DNA from: Sulfurospirillaceae bacterium
GTDB lineage: Bacteria; Campylobacterota; Campylobacteria; Campylobacterales; Sulfurospirillaceae
Assembly (NCBI GenBank): GCA_033723415.1
Contig: JAWVXD010000002.1
Span: forward strand, 32,001-96,000
Direction: 5' to 3'
DNA: 64,000 nt
The translations under genes and the position numbers were made by a program. Below are positions 21,024 through 30,549 of this stretch, piece after piece. A model generated the notes under the pieces. It worked only from the letters and a program-made list of their open reading frames with translations. It was not told the DNA's origin and searched no databases. Position 1 is the stretch's first letter. The number at the start of each line of letters is the position of its first letter.

Positions 21024-22828
21024 CTCTCAACCTCCATAAAAGCACCGGTCGGACACACATCATCCAAACATGCAGAACATCCTATACACAAAAATGGATC
21101 TATCTCGATCTTTTTGTCTTCATTATATGCCATAGGCGGACATTTATAAGCAGTTGTACAGATATCGCAAGCGACACATTTGTCCTGATCCACTGTCGCA
21201 TATGTTCCCGGTAGTTTTTCATAAGATATCTCTTTGTCAAGAACACAAAACTCTCTGATAACTGCTACGACAGGTGCATTTGATGATTCATATTTCTCTT
21301 TTAATATTTTCATAAACCCTATGGTTTTATCTATGTCAGGAACATATTCATACTCTAAACACTCGACTCCACATCCTTCTACTATCTTTTTGATATCTAT
21401 ACTTTGAGGGCTGATTCTCTCAGGAGTTACTTGCCTTCCTGTCATAGCGGTAGTTGAGTTATCCAAGATAACAAGCACAAATCTATGATTTAAGCTGACC
21501 GCGTTTATAAGAGGAGCAACACCGGAGTGCAAAAAGGTACTGTCGCCTATAGTAGCTACAACCGTTTTGTTTTTATCTGCTAGAGAGAAACCGCTTGCCA
21601 GTGAAACTGATGCCCCCATACATAAGAAAGCATCTATAGCTCCTTGATTAAGCCCAAGCGTGTAACAACCTATATCTGATGAATATATCGATTTATTTTT
21701 CTTAAAAACTTTCATGATAGAAAAGAAAACATCTCTGTGAGGACAGCCTGGACATAAATTTGGAGGACGATTCGGAAGTGTTTTTTCATATTTTTCATTT
21801 TTATAAAAATCACTTTTTGAGATTATTCCTACATTTGAAAAAGCTGCCAATACTTTATCTTTTGTAAACTCGTCTATTACATGCAGATCTTTTGTGAGTT
21901 TTCCGTGCAATTTAGGGGAACTTAGTTGTTCTTCTATACAAGGATAAGTCTCTTCAAAAACGATGACTTTTTCATATCCTTCAAAAAGTGCCTCAATTTT
22001 CTCTTTCGGCAGAGGATAAGACATATCAAATTTCAGTACATCGGCTTGAATATTCATCTCTTCTATGGCTTCTCTTACATATCCATCACCTGTTCCACTT
22101 GTAAGACACAAGACTTTTTTACCTTCTAACTTTTTGATTCTAGGCTCTATAAGACTTGTCCAATTGAACTCTTTAATGATCTCTATCTTTTCTAATAGCT
22201 CTAAACCTTGTCTAAATCTTCCGGCAGGAGGGACACCTGCCCATCGTGGGATATCTCTTATAAATTTACCTTCAAATGGATTGAAGTTCAATTCATCATC
22301 AACTTCACAGATCTCTCTGGCATGGCAAACTCTCATGACAGGACGTAACATGACAACCGTTTCAAATTGGTGAGATATTTCTATACCCAGTTTTACCATA
22401 TCGTAGGCTTCTTGAGGAGTGGCTGGATCTAAAACAGGAATTTTGGCAAACTTGGCAAAACTACGGCTGTCTTGTTCAGTCTGCGAAGAATGAAAACCAG
22501 GATCATCAGCACTGACCAGTAACATAGCGCCTTTTAGTCCGATATATGCCGCACTCATAAGCGCATCGCTTGCAACATTCAATCCCACCTGTTTCATAGT
22601 AGCACAAGTCTTTTTACCTGCTATTGCTCCTGCGTAGGCAACTTCAAATCCTACTTTTTCATTTGTAGCCCACTCGGCATAGGCATTGACATCAAAATTA
22701 TTTTTATATTTCTGAAAACTGCCTAAAATCTCACTTGACGGCGTTCCAGGATATCCTGAAATCATATCAACACCTGAGTGCACCAGTGAAAGCGCTATGG
22801 CTTCATTCCCCATAAGAATCTTCTTCAT
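21020..22828 (-). CDS. iorA: Indolepyruvate/arylpyruvate:ferredoxin oxidoreductase alpha subunit
   Basis: 'LMGNEAIA', 'YPGTPSSEI', 'MKQVGLNVASD', 'CPGCPHR', TPP motif 'GDSTFLHSG..LDN', two C-terminal 4Fe-4S motifs; GAGGAG before ATG 22828. Confidence 0.95.
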   Translation of the reverse strand: MKKILMGNEAIALSLVHSGVDMISGYPGTPSSEILGSFQKYKNNFDVNAYAEWATNEKVGFEVAYAGAIAGKKTCATMKQVGLNVASDALMSAAYIGLKGAMLLVSADDPGFHSSQTEQDSRSFAKFAKIPVLDPATPQEAYDMVKLGIEISHQFETVVMLRPVMRVCHAREICEVDDELNFNPFEGKFIRDIPRWAGVPPAGRFRQGLELLEKIEIIKEFNWTSLIEPRIKKLEGKKVLCLTSGTGDGYVREAIEEMNIQADVLKFDMSYPLPKEKIEALFEGYEKVIVFEETYPCIEEQLSSPKLHGKLTKDLHVIDEFTKDKVLAAFSNVGIISKSDFYKNEKYEKTLPNRPPNLCPGCPHRDVFFSIMKVFKKNKSIYSSDIGCYTLGLNQGAIDAFLCMGASVSLASGFSLADKNKTVVATIGDSTFLHSGVAPLINAVSLNHRFVLVILDNSTTAMTGRQVTPERISPQSIDIKKIVEGCGVECLEYEYVPDIDKTIGFMKILKEKYESSNAPVVAVIREFCVLDKEISYEKLPGTYATVDQDKCVACDICTTAYKCPPMAYNEDKKIEIDPFLCIGCSACLDDVCPTGAFMEVER

Positions 22829-22868
22829 AAAACGGCTCCTCTTGCCTGAGTATGTCAAAACAAATATT

Positions 22869-23654
22869 TTAAGATGAGTACTTGTTTAAAAATTCAATAA
22901 ATGCTCTAGCTTCATTTTTCGGATAAGAACTTAAAATCTCCAATGATTTTTTAATATGTTCATCAAGCGGCATATCATCTATAGAATCTATGTGTAAGAT
23001 ATCTTCGATCCCGTCAATTTCAAATGAACATTTATCAAAGTGCAAAACAATAGTATCATCATTGAATTGTAACTTATAAAACTTTATATTTGAAGCTGCA
23101 AACTCGCAATCTTTTGTCTTGATCTTGATTTTCATGGCAGATTTTAATTCTAACAGCTGAATGATTGTTAAAAGTGAGTAGTGTGCTTTTGATTCAACAT
23201 TTAATGAAACCAATATTTTTGACACTGTAACTCTCATCTCTTCTGCATCTTCACGTGAGAAAAAATCAGAGTTTATCATATCAACGGCATCTATGATATC
23301 CGCATAATCATCTTTTACTTCATAAGTATCATTGATCATCTCTTTGCCTTCATGCATCAAGATGATTCTCTTTGACAATTCCTTAAAGACTTTTGTATAG
23401 TTTTCTGTATTTACCAAGATCGTCTCAGGTAGCTTATATTTTTCATAATACATCAATTTTGTATTTTGAATCTGCAAAAAACCTCTCTTTAGCAAATATT
23501 CACATCCATCTGCTATTTTTGCATTTATATCTAGGTTGTTAAACTCTTTTGTGTAGACGACATTTTTAAAATCTTTTTGCGAAAAAGCAGTGCCTTGATT
23601 TTTTATGGCATATGTCAAGATATTCACTATAAGTTCAAAGGTACAACTTTTCAT
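22869..23654 (-). CDS. Hypothetical protein, possibly a degenerate wHTH/WYL-like regulator
   Basis: 261-aa ORF with AAAGGA RBS ending about 40 bp before iorA; the domain call is by-eye inference. Confidence 0.55.
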   Translation of the reverse strand: MKSCTFELIVNILTYAIKNQGTAFSQKDFKNVVYTKEFNNLDINAKIADGCEYLLKRGFLQIQNTKLMYYEKYKLPETILVNTENYTKVFKELSKRIILMHEGKEMINDTYEVKDDYADIIDAVDMINSDFFSREDAEEMRVTVSKILVSLNVESKAHYSLLTIIQLLELKSAMKIKIKTKDCEFAASNIKFYKLQFNDDTIVLHFDKCSFEIDGIEDILHIDSIDDMPLDEHIKKSLEILSSYPKNEARAFIEFLNKYSS

Positions 23655-23753
23655 ATTATCCTTTCAGTTTAAAATTTTTAATTTTATAGAAAAACTACTT
23701 AATCTTGAGTTATTCCTATCTAAAACTAATATTTTATCAAGTCTTTTATGTTA

Positions 23754-23792
23754 TACTACAAAAAAATAATTAAATTAGTCATACTTGTAGTA
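23754..23792. promoter_or_regulatory. Candidate PaaX operator
   Basis: TACTAC-N27-GTAGTA, extending to a 9-bp perfect IR ATACTACAA/TTGTAGTAT, in the divergent hyp-iorAB / ndh region. Confidence 0.65.
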
Positions 23793-23824
23793 TTTATTTT
23801 TTATAAATTTAAATAGGATTATGA

Positions 23825-24973
23825 ATGAGAAATGAAAGCAAAAAAAAAGTGATGGTTATAGGAGGCGGCTATGCAGGTATATCACTTCTACACGAATTAA
23901 AAAAGCATAGAGATATAGAACTTACTTTGATAGACAAATCACCAAATCACGTTATGCAGACCCATATACACAAGTACTTGTCCGGACACTACAGTAAAGA
24001 AGATATCACCTGTGACTATCAAGAGTATTGTAAAAAAAACTCCATAAGATTTATCCAAGATGAGATCATTGATATAAAATTTTCTGACAACTACGTTGAA
24101 ACCAAAAATGCCAATACTTATAAATACGATTATATCGTAATAGCAACAGGCGCTACATCCTTCTTTCCTACACAAATAGAGAACATAACAATGTTTACCA
24201 AAGATATAAAGCAGATAGAAAATTTGGATTATTATAGAGAGACTTTTTTAAAATTATTGAGATCTAAACCAAAAAATAAAAATATCCTAGTCGTAGGAGG
24301 AGGCGTTTCAGGACTTCAAATTGCCTGCGAATATGCTCAAACTATCCTATCAAATCATCTTAATTCTGAAAATATCGCCGTAACATTAGTTGAAGGACTT
24401 GATACTATCTTGCCCAATATGGACAAGTTTCTCATAGAAAAATCTATGCAAAGATGCGAACAATTGGGTGTAAAAGTCATAAATAAACTTTTTGCATCAA
24501 AAATATTTCAAGATAAAGTAGTCCTATCAAACTCACTTGAGCTACCTTATGATATCTTAATATTCGTAGTCGGCGTAGCCGGAAACTCCATCAAGAATAT
24601 AGAAAATGACGTAGCTTCAAATCAAAGAAACCAAATCATCGTAGATGAATATTACAGGATAGCTCCATATCAAAATGCCTTTGCCATAGGCGATATAGTA
24701 CAAGCTATAGATGTTAAAACTAAAACCTTTCAAACTCCTACAGCACAGGCTTCTAGAATGCAAGCAGAGTTGGTTTCCAAAAATATTATAAACAGTATAA
24801 AAGGCAGAAATCTAGTCAAAAACAACATTTCCAACAAAGGTATATTTATAGACTTAGGCGGAACGAACAGCGCTATAGGAAAACTCTCTGCTCTTAATAT
24901 AAAAGGTAAAATAGCTCTTTGGATGAAAAAGCTCATATATTCACTTCATATAAGAAAACTTAATAAAATGTAA
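23825..24973 (+). CDS. NAD(P)/FAD-dependent oxidoreductase, type II NADH dehydrogenase-like
   Basis: Two Rossmann motifs 'IGGGYAG' and 'VGGGVSG', 'FAIGD', 'PTAQAS', C-terminal 'IDLGG..KGKIALWMKK'. Confidence 0.85.
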   Translation: MRNESKKKVMVIGGGYAGISLLHELKKHRDIELTLIDKSPNHVMQTHIHKYLSGHYSKEDITCDYQEYCKKNSIRFIQDEIIDIKFSDNYVETKNANTYKYDYIVIATGATSFFPTQIENITMFTKDIKQIENLDYYRETFLKLLRSKPKNKNILVVGGGVSGLQIACEYAQTILSNHLNSENIAVTLVEGLDTILPNMDKFLIEKSMQRCEQLGVKVINKLFASKIFQDKVVLSNSLELPYDILIFVVGVAGNSIKNIENDVASNQRNQIIVDEYYRIAPYQNAFAIGDIVQAIDVKTKTFQTPTAQASRMQAELVSKNIINSIKGRNLVKNNISNKGIFIDLGGTNSAIGKLSALNIKGKIALWMKKLIYSLHIRKLNKM

Positions 24974-25001
24974 AAAAGTAATAAAAAAAAATAAAAAAAA
25001 T

Positions 25002-25045
25002 AAAGTACTACAGATTTATGTAAAGTTTAAGTAATATTGTAATAG
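25002..25045 (+). repeat. 44-bp regulatory block, inverted copy of 42927..42970 (40/44 identical), containing TACTAC-N27-GTAATA at 25006..25044
   Basis: Direct alignment: AAAGTACTACAGATTTATGTAAAGTTTAAGTAATATTGTAATAG vs AAAGTATTACAAATTTATGGAAAGTTTAAGTAATCTTGTAATAG. Confidence 0.85.
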
Positions 25046-25094
25046 ACTTTTTTATAGAGACAAATGACTCTCATAAAATATAAAGGAAGTAAAT

Positions 25095-25160
25095 ATGAAA
25101 AACATTATAAAAATATCCAGTATTAAAATCCCTGCTTCTATAATGAAAGCTCAAATATGA
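25095..25160 (+). CDS. 21-aa upstream ORF coupled to livH (possible relic of a binding-protein gene start)
   Basis: AAAGGAAG RBS; MKNIIKISSIKIPASIMKAQI*; its TGA overlaps the livH ATG (ATGA 25157-60). Confidence 0.5.
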   Translation: MKNIIKISSIKIPASIMKAQI

Positions 25161-26026
25161 GTGAATTGTTACAATTTATCTTTGGCGGTCTTACTGTCGG
25201 GTTTATATATGCTCTTGTAGGATTGGGCTTTACCGTAATCTATAATTCAAGCAAGATCATAAACTTTTCCCAAGGTGAGTTTGTCATGGTTGGCGGCATG
25301 TCTGCAGTATTTTTATCATATGCAAAATTCCCTTTTGTATTGGCGTTTCCAATCGCCATATTTCTTTCTTCTCTGCTAGGATATATACTGTTTAAACTTG
25401 TTTCTATATCAAAGAACTCATCAACTACATCTTTGATCATATTGACACTTGGTTATTCTATTTTTTTAAGAGGAGCGGCTCAAGTCGTGTTTGATAAACA
25501 GATGCACACTTTGCCGGCTTTTATAAGCAACACTCCTATAAATGTTTTCGGAGCTACTATAACTCCACAGGCAATTCTTGTAATCGTTGTATCGCTTATC
25601 ATAGTTTTTGGTTTGTATTTTCTATTTAACAAAACAAAACTCGGTAAAGCTATGCTTGCTACGGCAGATAATAAAAATGCAGCAAAACTTGTAGGTATTT
25701 CTGTTCGCAAGATATTGATCTGGAATTTTATGATCTCTGCAGGAATCGCTTCTATCGGAGGAATTGTTTTAACTCCCATAATATCTACAAATTATGAGAT
25801 CGGAATTATGCTCGGACTTAAAGGGTTTTGTGCGGCGATCATAGGCGGCATCGGCAATCCTTTCGGCGCTGTTTTTGGCGGAGTATTGCTAGGTGTGCTT
25901 GAATCTTTCGTTGCAGGTTATTTAAGCAGTGAATACAAAGATGCCGTCGCATTTATAGTTTTACTGTTGATTTTATTCTTTTTCCCGGGCGGTCTGTTTG
26001 GGTCTAAAAAATTTGTGAGAGTTTAA
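25157..26026 (+). CDS. HAAT/branched-chain-family ABC transporter permease (LivH-like)
   Basis: 'IYALVGLGFTVIY', 'INFSQGEFVMVG', 'LKGFCAAIIGG'. Confidence 0.92.
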   Translation: MSELLQFIFGGLTVGFIYALVGLGFTVIYNSSKIINFSQGEFVMVGGMSAVFLSYAKFPFVLAFPIAIFLSSLLGYILFKLVSISKNSSTTSLIILTLGYSIFLRGAAQVVFDKQMHTLPAFISNTPINVFGATITPQAILVIVVSLIIVFGLYFLFNKTKLGKAMLATADNKNAAKLVGISVRKILIWNFMISAGIASIGGIVLTPIISTNYEIGIMLGLKGFCAAIIGGIGNPFGAVFGGVLLGVLESFVAGYLSSEYKDAVAFIVLLLILFFFPGGLFGSKKFVRV

Positions 26027-26027
26027 T

Positions 26028-26969
26028 ATGAGAAATAATGGTTTATTTTTAGATAAGGGAATTGTGTTAATGATAGCCATATTGTGTATCTTGCCTTTGA
26101 TACTGCAAAATAGCTTTCACTATGAGATTGCGATCACAAGTATGTTAAATGCCGTCATCTGTATAGGTCTCAATATGCTGGTAGGATATGCCGGACAGAT
26201 CTCTCTGGGTCATGGAGCTTTTGCCGGACTTGGAGCATATGTTGCTATCATCCTCTCTACAACTTTTGGATTTGATCCTGTCTTAAGCATCGCTATATCT
26301 TGTATTGTTCTTGCTGTTTTGGCTTTTCTTGTATCAAAGCCTATCCTGAAACTTGAAGGTCACTATCTGGCTATGGGAACTTTGGCGGTAGGTATCATCA
26401 TCTCCCTTGTTCTTACTAATCAATCAGACTTAACGGGCGGACCTGACGGTATGAGCGTATCGCAATTTAGTATATTCGGATATGTGTTCAATAATGATAT
26501 GCAATGGTATGTGATTTCTGCTTTTCTTTTGGTTTTTTCTATTTGGGCGCTACAAAATGTCATTCATTCGCCATTTGGAAGGATACTCAGGTGTATCAGA
26601 GATTCTGAGACTGCAGCAAAATCAATAGGTGCAGACGTACCATACTATAAGACTTATGTATTTGTCATCTCCGTTGTTATAGCAACAATCGCAGGAAGTT
26701 TATATGCGTACTATTCAGGCTTTATATCTCCTGCAGATTCGAGTTTCACAAGATCAATCCAACTTGTCGTCATGATAGTCTTTGGCGGATTAGGAAGGAT
26801 TTACGGCGCTGTATTTGGAGCGGTGATCATCACGGCACTGCCGCAGCTTTTGACTTCCTTGCACGATTACGAGCAAATGGTCTACGGTGCGATTATTATC
26901 TTTGTCATGATATTTATGCCGAAGGGAATCGTATCCATATTTGACCGTTTCAGAAAGGAGGAGGTATGA
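26028..26969 (+). CDS. HAAT-family ABC transporter permease (LivM-like)
   Basis: 'GLNMLVGYAGQISLGHGAF', 'YLAMGTLA', 'TGGPDG'. Confidence 0.92.
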   Translation: MRNNGLFLDKGIVLMIAILCILPLILQNSFHYEIAITSMLNAVICIGLNMLVGYAGQISLGHGAFAGLGAYVAIILSTTFGFDPVLSIAISCIVLAVLAFLVSKPILKLEGHYLAMGTLAVGIIISLVLTNQSDLTGGPDGMSVSQFSIFGYVFNNDMQWYVISAFLLVFSIWALQNVIHSPFGRILRCIRDSETAAKSIGADVPYYKTYVFVISVVIATIAGSLYAYYSGFISPADSSFTRSIQLVVMIVFGGLGRIYGAVFGAVIITALPQLLTSLHDYEQMVYGAIIIFVMIFMPKGIVSIFDRFRKEEV

Positions 26970-27742
26970 GCTTATTAAAAGTTTCAGGTATCTCTAAAAA
27001 TTTTGGCGGACTAAAAGCTCTGGATGATATATCATTTGAAGTACAAGAAGGAACTATACACGCGCTAATCGGTCCTAACGGAGCCGGGAAGACTACGCTT
27101 GTAAATATGATATCCGGCATATATTCTGTTGAAGAGGGACAAATTTTCTTCAATGATGAAGAGATCACAAATACACCGACCCACAAATTGGTAAGCAAAC
27201 ACATTGTAAGGACATTTCAAAATCTGGAGATCTGTGAAAATATGACCGTAATGGAAAACGTACTTCTTGGTTTCAATATCAATATGAATAAAAGTCTTCT
27301 AAAATGCTCTTTCCAATTTGAATCCATCATAGACGATGAAGAGAAGTTTAAGCACATTGCCTTGTCTCACCTTAAGCGAATAGGACTCGAAGATGTTGCT
27401 TATAAAAAATGTTCTTCCCTCTCTTATGGCGTACTTAAAAAAGTAGAGATCGTCAGAGCTTTAGCCAACAATCCAAAGCTGCTTTTACTAGATGAGCCTG
27501 TTGCCGGATTAAACGGTACGGAAACAGCAGAGATAGCAGAAATCATAAAAGAAATAGCAGCAGAGGGAGTCACAATACTTTTGATCGAACATGATATGAA
27601 AATGATCATGAACATCTCCGATATGATCACGGTGGTAAACTTCGGACAAAAGCTCGCAGAGGGAAAACCAAAAGAGATATCATCTAACCCTGAAGTGATC
27701 AAAGCATATCTGGGAGAAGGATCGTTACATGCAAAAGTCTGA
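26966..27742 (+). CDS. ABC transporter ATP-binding protein (LivG-like)
   Basis: 'GPNGAGKTT', 'RTFQN', 'LLLLDEP', 'IEHDM', 'AYLG'. Confidence 0.93.
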   Translation: MSLLKVSGISKNFGGLKALDDISFEVQEGTIHALIGPNGAGKTTLVNMISGIYSVEEGQIFFNDEEITNTPTHKLVSKHIVRTFQNLEICENMTVMENVLLGFNINMNKSLLKCSFQFESIIDDEEKFKHIALSHLKRIGLEDVAYKKCSSLSYGVLKKVEIVRALANNPKLLLLDEPVAGLNGTETAEIAEIIKEIAAEGVTILLIEHDMKMIMNISDMITVVNFGQKLAEGKPKEISSNPEVIKAYLGEGSLHAKV

Positions 27743-28454
27743 TTTATTATTGAAGATTAGTGATCTGGATTGTCATTATGGGCATATTCATGTTTTACAA
27801 AATATAAATATAGAGATCAAAAAAGGTGAGATAGTCGCACTGATCGGTGCAAACGGTGCAGGAAAAACAACTTTGATGAAAACTATCTCAGGACTTAAAA
27901 TACAAAATAAAGGCGATATCATATACAAGGACAATATAGATATCACAAAAACTCTGCCTGAAAAAAGAGTTAAGCTCGGTATCGCTCAAGTTCCTGAGGG
28001 AAGAGAGCTTTTCAAATCAATGAGCGTTTATGACAATCTGATGCTAGGTTCATACACAAGAACAGATAAACTCGGCATACAAGAAGATCTAGATTTTGTA
28101 TATGATAAATTTCCTATACTTTTTGAAAAAAGAGATATAATATCTGGCAATCTCTCAGGGGGACAACAGCAGATGCTTGCAATAGGCAGAGCGCTCATGT
28201 CAAAACCTGATCTTTTATTGATGGATGAACCCTCAATGGGACTGGCACCTGTGATCGTAGAAGAGATATTTGCTTTTATTGAAGAACTTAAGAAAATCCA
28301 CATGACGGTGTTTTTAGTCGAACAAAACTCATACTTTGCCCTCAGCATATCAAACCACGCTTATGTACTAGAAAACGGCGAGATCGTTTTAAGCGGTAAC
28401 TCTGAAGATTTGATCAAAGACAACAGAGTAAAAGAAGCATATTTAGGAATGTAA
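27729..28454 (+). CDS. ABC transporter ATP-binding protein (LivF-like)
   Basis: 'GANGAGKTT', 'VPEGR', 'LSGGQQQMLAIGRALM', 'DEPSMGLAP', 'VEQN'. Confidence 0.93.
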   Translation: MQKSDLLLKISDLDCHYGHIHVLQNINIEIKKGEIVALIGANGAGKTTLMKTISGLKIQNKGDIIYKDNIDITKTLPEKRVKLGIAQVPEGRELFKSMSVYDNLMLGSYTRTDKLGIQEDLDFVYDKFPILFEKRDIISGNLSGGQQQMLAIGRALMSKPDLLLMDEPSMGLAPVIVEEIFAFIEELKKIHMTVFLVEQNSYFALSISNHAYVLENGEIVLSGNSEDLIKDNRVKEAYLGM

Positions 28455-29228
28455 ATGAATTATAAAAATATAATAGTAGAAAAACTACAAAACGGTGTCG
28501 GTGTTATAACGCTCAATAGACCGGAAGCTTACAATGCAATCAACACTTTATTGCTTGAGGAGATATCTAGTGCCATCAAAGACTTTGATGCAGATCCTTT
28601 GATCGGAGCAGTAGTTCTAACAGGTGGAGATAAAGTTTTTGCTGCCGGTGCAGATATAAAAGAGTTGGCAAATCTAGATTTTGCAAGTGCTTACAATAAT
28701 GACTTCGTAAAAAAAGAGTGGTCGGCTTTGGAAAATCATGTCAAACCGATAATTGCAGCGATCAGTGGATATGCATTGGGTGGAGGTTGTGAGATGGCTT
28801 TGTTGTGCGATATCGCTATCTGTGATTGGAGTGCAAAATTCGGACAGCCTGAAGTTAAAATAGGAACGATGCCAGGAGCCGGCGGGACTCAAAGATTGAC
28901 CAAAGCAGTAGGAAAATCAAAAGCTATGCATATGTGTCTCACAGGCGATATGATAGATGCCAAAGAGGCAGAGTATTACAAACTTGTCTCAAAAATAGTA
29001 GATCATGATGTTATGAAAGAAGCTATAAAGATAGCAGAAAAGATTGCTTCCATGTCAAAGCCCGTCGTGAAACTGATCAAAGAGTCTATAAACAATGCAT
29101 ATGAATCAAATCTGCAAGCCGGATTGGTAGCTGAGCGACAATCTTTTTATGCAACATTGGCTCTTGAAGACAGGATCGAAGGTATGAATGCTTTTATCGA
29201 AAAAAGAAAAGCAAACTTTAAAAACTAA
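28455..29228 (+). CDS. Enoyl-CoA hydratase (crotonase family), second PaaF-like copy
   Basis: 'FAAGADIKE', 'GGGCE', 'FGQPEVKIG', 'PGAGGTQRL'; both catalytic Glu present. Confidence 0.9.
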   Translation: MNYKNIIVEKLQNGVGVITLNRPEAYNAINTLLLEEISSAIKDFDADPLIGAVVLTGGDKVFAAGADIKELANLDFASAYNNDFVKKEWSALENHVKPIIAAISGYALGGGCEMALLCDIAICDWSAKFGQPEVKIGTMPGAGGTQRLTKAVGKSKAMHMCLTGDMIDAKEAEYYKLVSKIVDHDVMKEAIKIAEKIASMSKPVVKLIKESINNAYESNLQAGLVAERQSFYATLALEDRIEGMNAFIEKRKANFKN

Positions 29229-29257
29229 CAATATATCTTTTAGAAAAAATAATACAA

Positions 29258-29297
29258 AAAATATAGCTATCATAAAAAAATAGTATAGCTATATTTT
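29258..29297. terminator. 13-bp inverted repeat after the liv-ech operon (terminator or protein-binding site)
   Basis: AAAATATAGCTAT / ATAGCTATATTTT. Confidence 0.45.
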
Positions 29298-29430
29298 AAA
29301 ATAAATATCATTTTTATTAAAAATAAGCTTATCTCCCAAGAATAGAGACTACTATGACCAATAATCAATTCTAAAATGAACTTAAACAGTTCTAAATATC
29401 TAACTTTTTAAGCCCTTATTAAAATATATA

Positions 29431-29469
29431 TGATACAATAATATTTAATTTACTAAAATAATTGAAGTA
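29431..29469. promoter_or_regulatory. Candidate PaaX operator upstream of the diiron operon
   Basis: TGATAC-N27-GAAGTA ending 30 bp before the ATG; most degenerate of the promoter sites. Confidence 0.5.
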
Positions 29470-29499
29470 TATTTTCAATAACTAAACAAGGAGCACTAA

Positions 29500-30525
29500 A
29501 TGTCAAGCAGAGAAAAACTTGCCGGAACAATGGAATTTCCACCGCCTACTGAGCAGCCAAATGTTTACCCGCTAAGCTGGGTTAATAAAACAATGAAACT
29601 GCAAGAAATCTGGGATGCTTCTCAAAGAGAATACTGGGATCCTGCAAAACTGCCTTGGGATACTTTTGATGTATCCAAATACAGTTGGGAACAGAGGGAA
29701 TCTATAGCCTATTGGTGGACAATTCTTTCTGTATTTGACGCTTCTGCGCCTCCTGTATTTGCATCTGCCCTTATCAAGACTTATGAATTACATGAAGAAG
29801 ATCTAGTTAGAAGATGTTTTTTTTCTGTTACAAGAGATGAGCAAAATCACGAACAAATGTGTGGTATGGCTATTACAAAATTACTAGAACATCCGGATCC
29901 TATAACCTATACACCTAAAACAGATATCGGTAAAAGACTCCAAAAAAATGCAAAATGGTTATATTACAATGGAGGAAGATATTGGGATGGTTTTAAACAC
30001 GCAGTTCCAAAATACTCACTTGCAGTTCTTTTTTCATCATTTTTGATGGGTGAGATCGCAGCTGCGACAATATTCCACCAAATGTCAGCAGGATGCAGTG
30101 AGCTGGTATTTAAAGAAGGTTTTAAGAAAATAGGTATGGATGAAGGTAGACATATGGCTATCATATTGACACTTATGGAGAGAGATTATCCAAAACTGAA
30201 CAATGAAGATAAAGCAACTATAACCAAACAGATAAGAGCCGGTTACTTATTTCTCTCTGCCGTTTTGTTTGAGCCGCCTGAAGATTTTTGGGATATCCCA
30301 TCAGACTTTATCGCCAATCAAAGAGAAGGTGAAGCATTTGCCAGAGAAGCAGGTTTTCACATCCCTGAGTATGAAGCAAAAAAAGAAAATTGGAAAAATG
30401 CGATGCTTAATCTAAAAGGCGTCCTAGATAAATACGATACAGAATTCCCGGCAATTCCAGAAGTAGGAATCACCGGTAAAGAGATCACGGATATCGATAT
30501 GGAAGATATCATCCCTGTATTTTAA
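29500..30525 (+). CDS. Ferritin-like non-heme diiron oxygenase (candidate aryl-CoA oxygenase)
   Basis: Four-helix-bundle ligand spacing D80, E114xxH117 (DEQNH), E185, E215xxH218 (DEGRH); AAGGAG RBS; substrate inferred from context. Confidence 0.75.
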   Translation: MSSREKLAGTMEFPPPTEQPNVYPLSWVNKTMKLQEIWDASQREYWDPAKLPWDTFDVSKYSWEQRESIAYWWTILSVFDASAPPVFASALIKTYELHEEDLVRRCFFSVTRDEQNHEQMCGMAITKLLEHPDPITYTPKTDIGKRLQKNAKWLYYNGGRYWDGFKHAVPKYSLAVLFSSFLMGEIAAATIFHQMSAGCSELVFKEGFKKIGMDEGRHMAIILTLMERDYPKLNNEDKATITKQIRAGYLFLSAVLFEPPEDFWDIPSDFIANQREGEAFAREAGFHIPEYEAKKENWKNAMLNLKGVLDKYDTEFPAIPEVGITGKEITDIDMEDIIPVF

Positions 30526-30549
30526 AAATTTAGTTATAGGTCAAAGATC

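Noticed and set aside
24972..25004. A-tract repeats (TAAAAAAAAA-like) upstream of the liv promoter
   Set aside because: Intergenic low-complexity sequence in an AT-rich genome; no evidence of phase variation.
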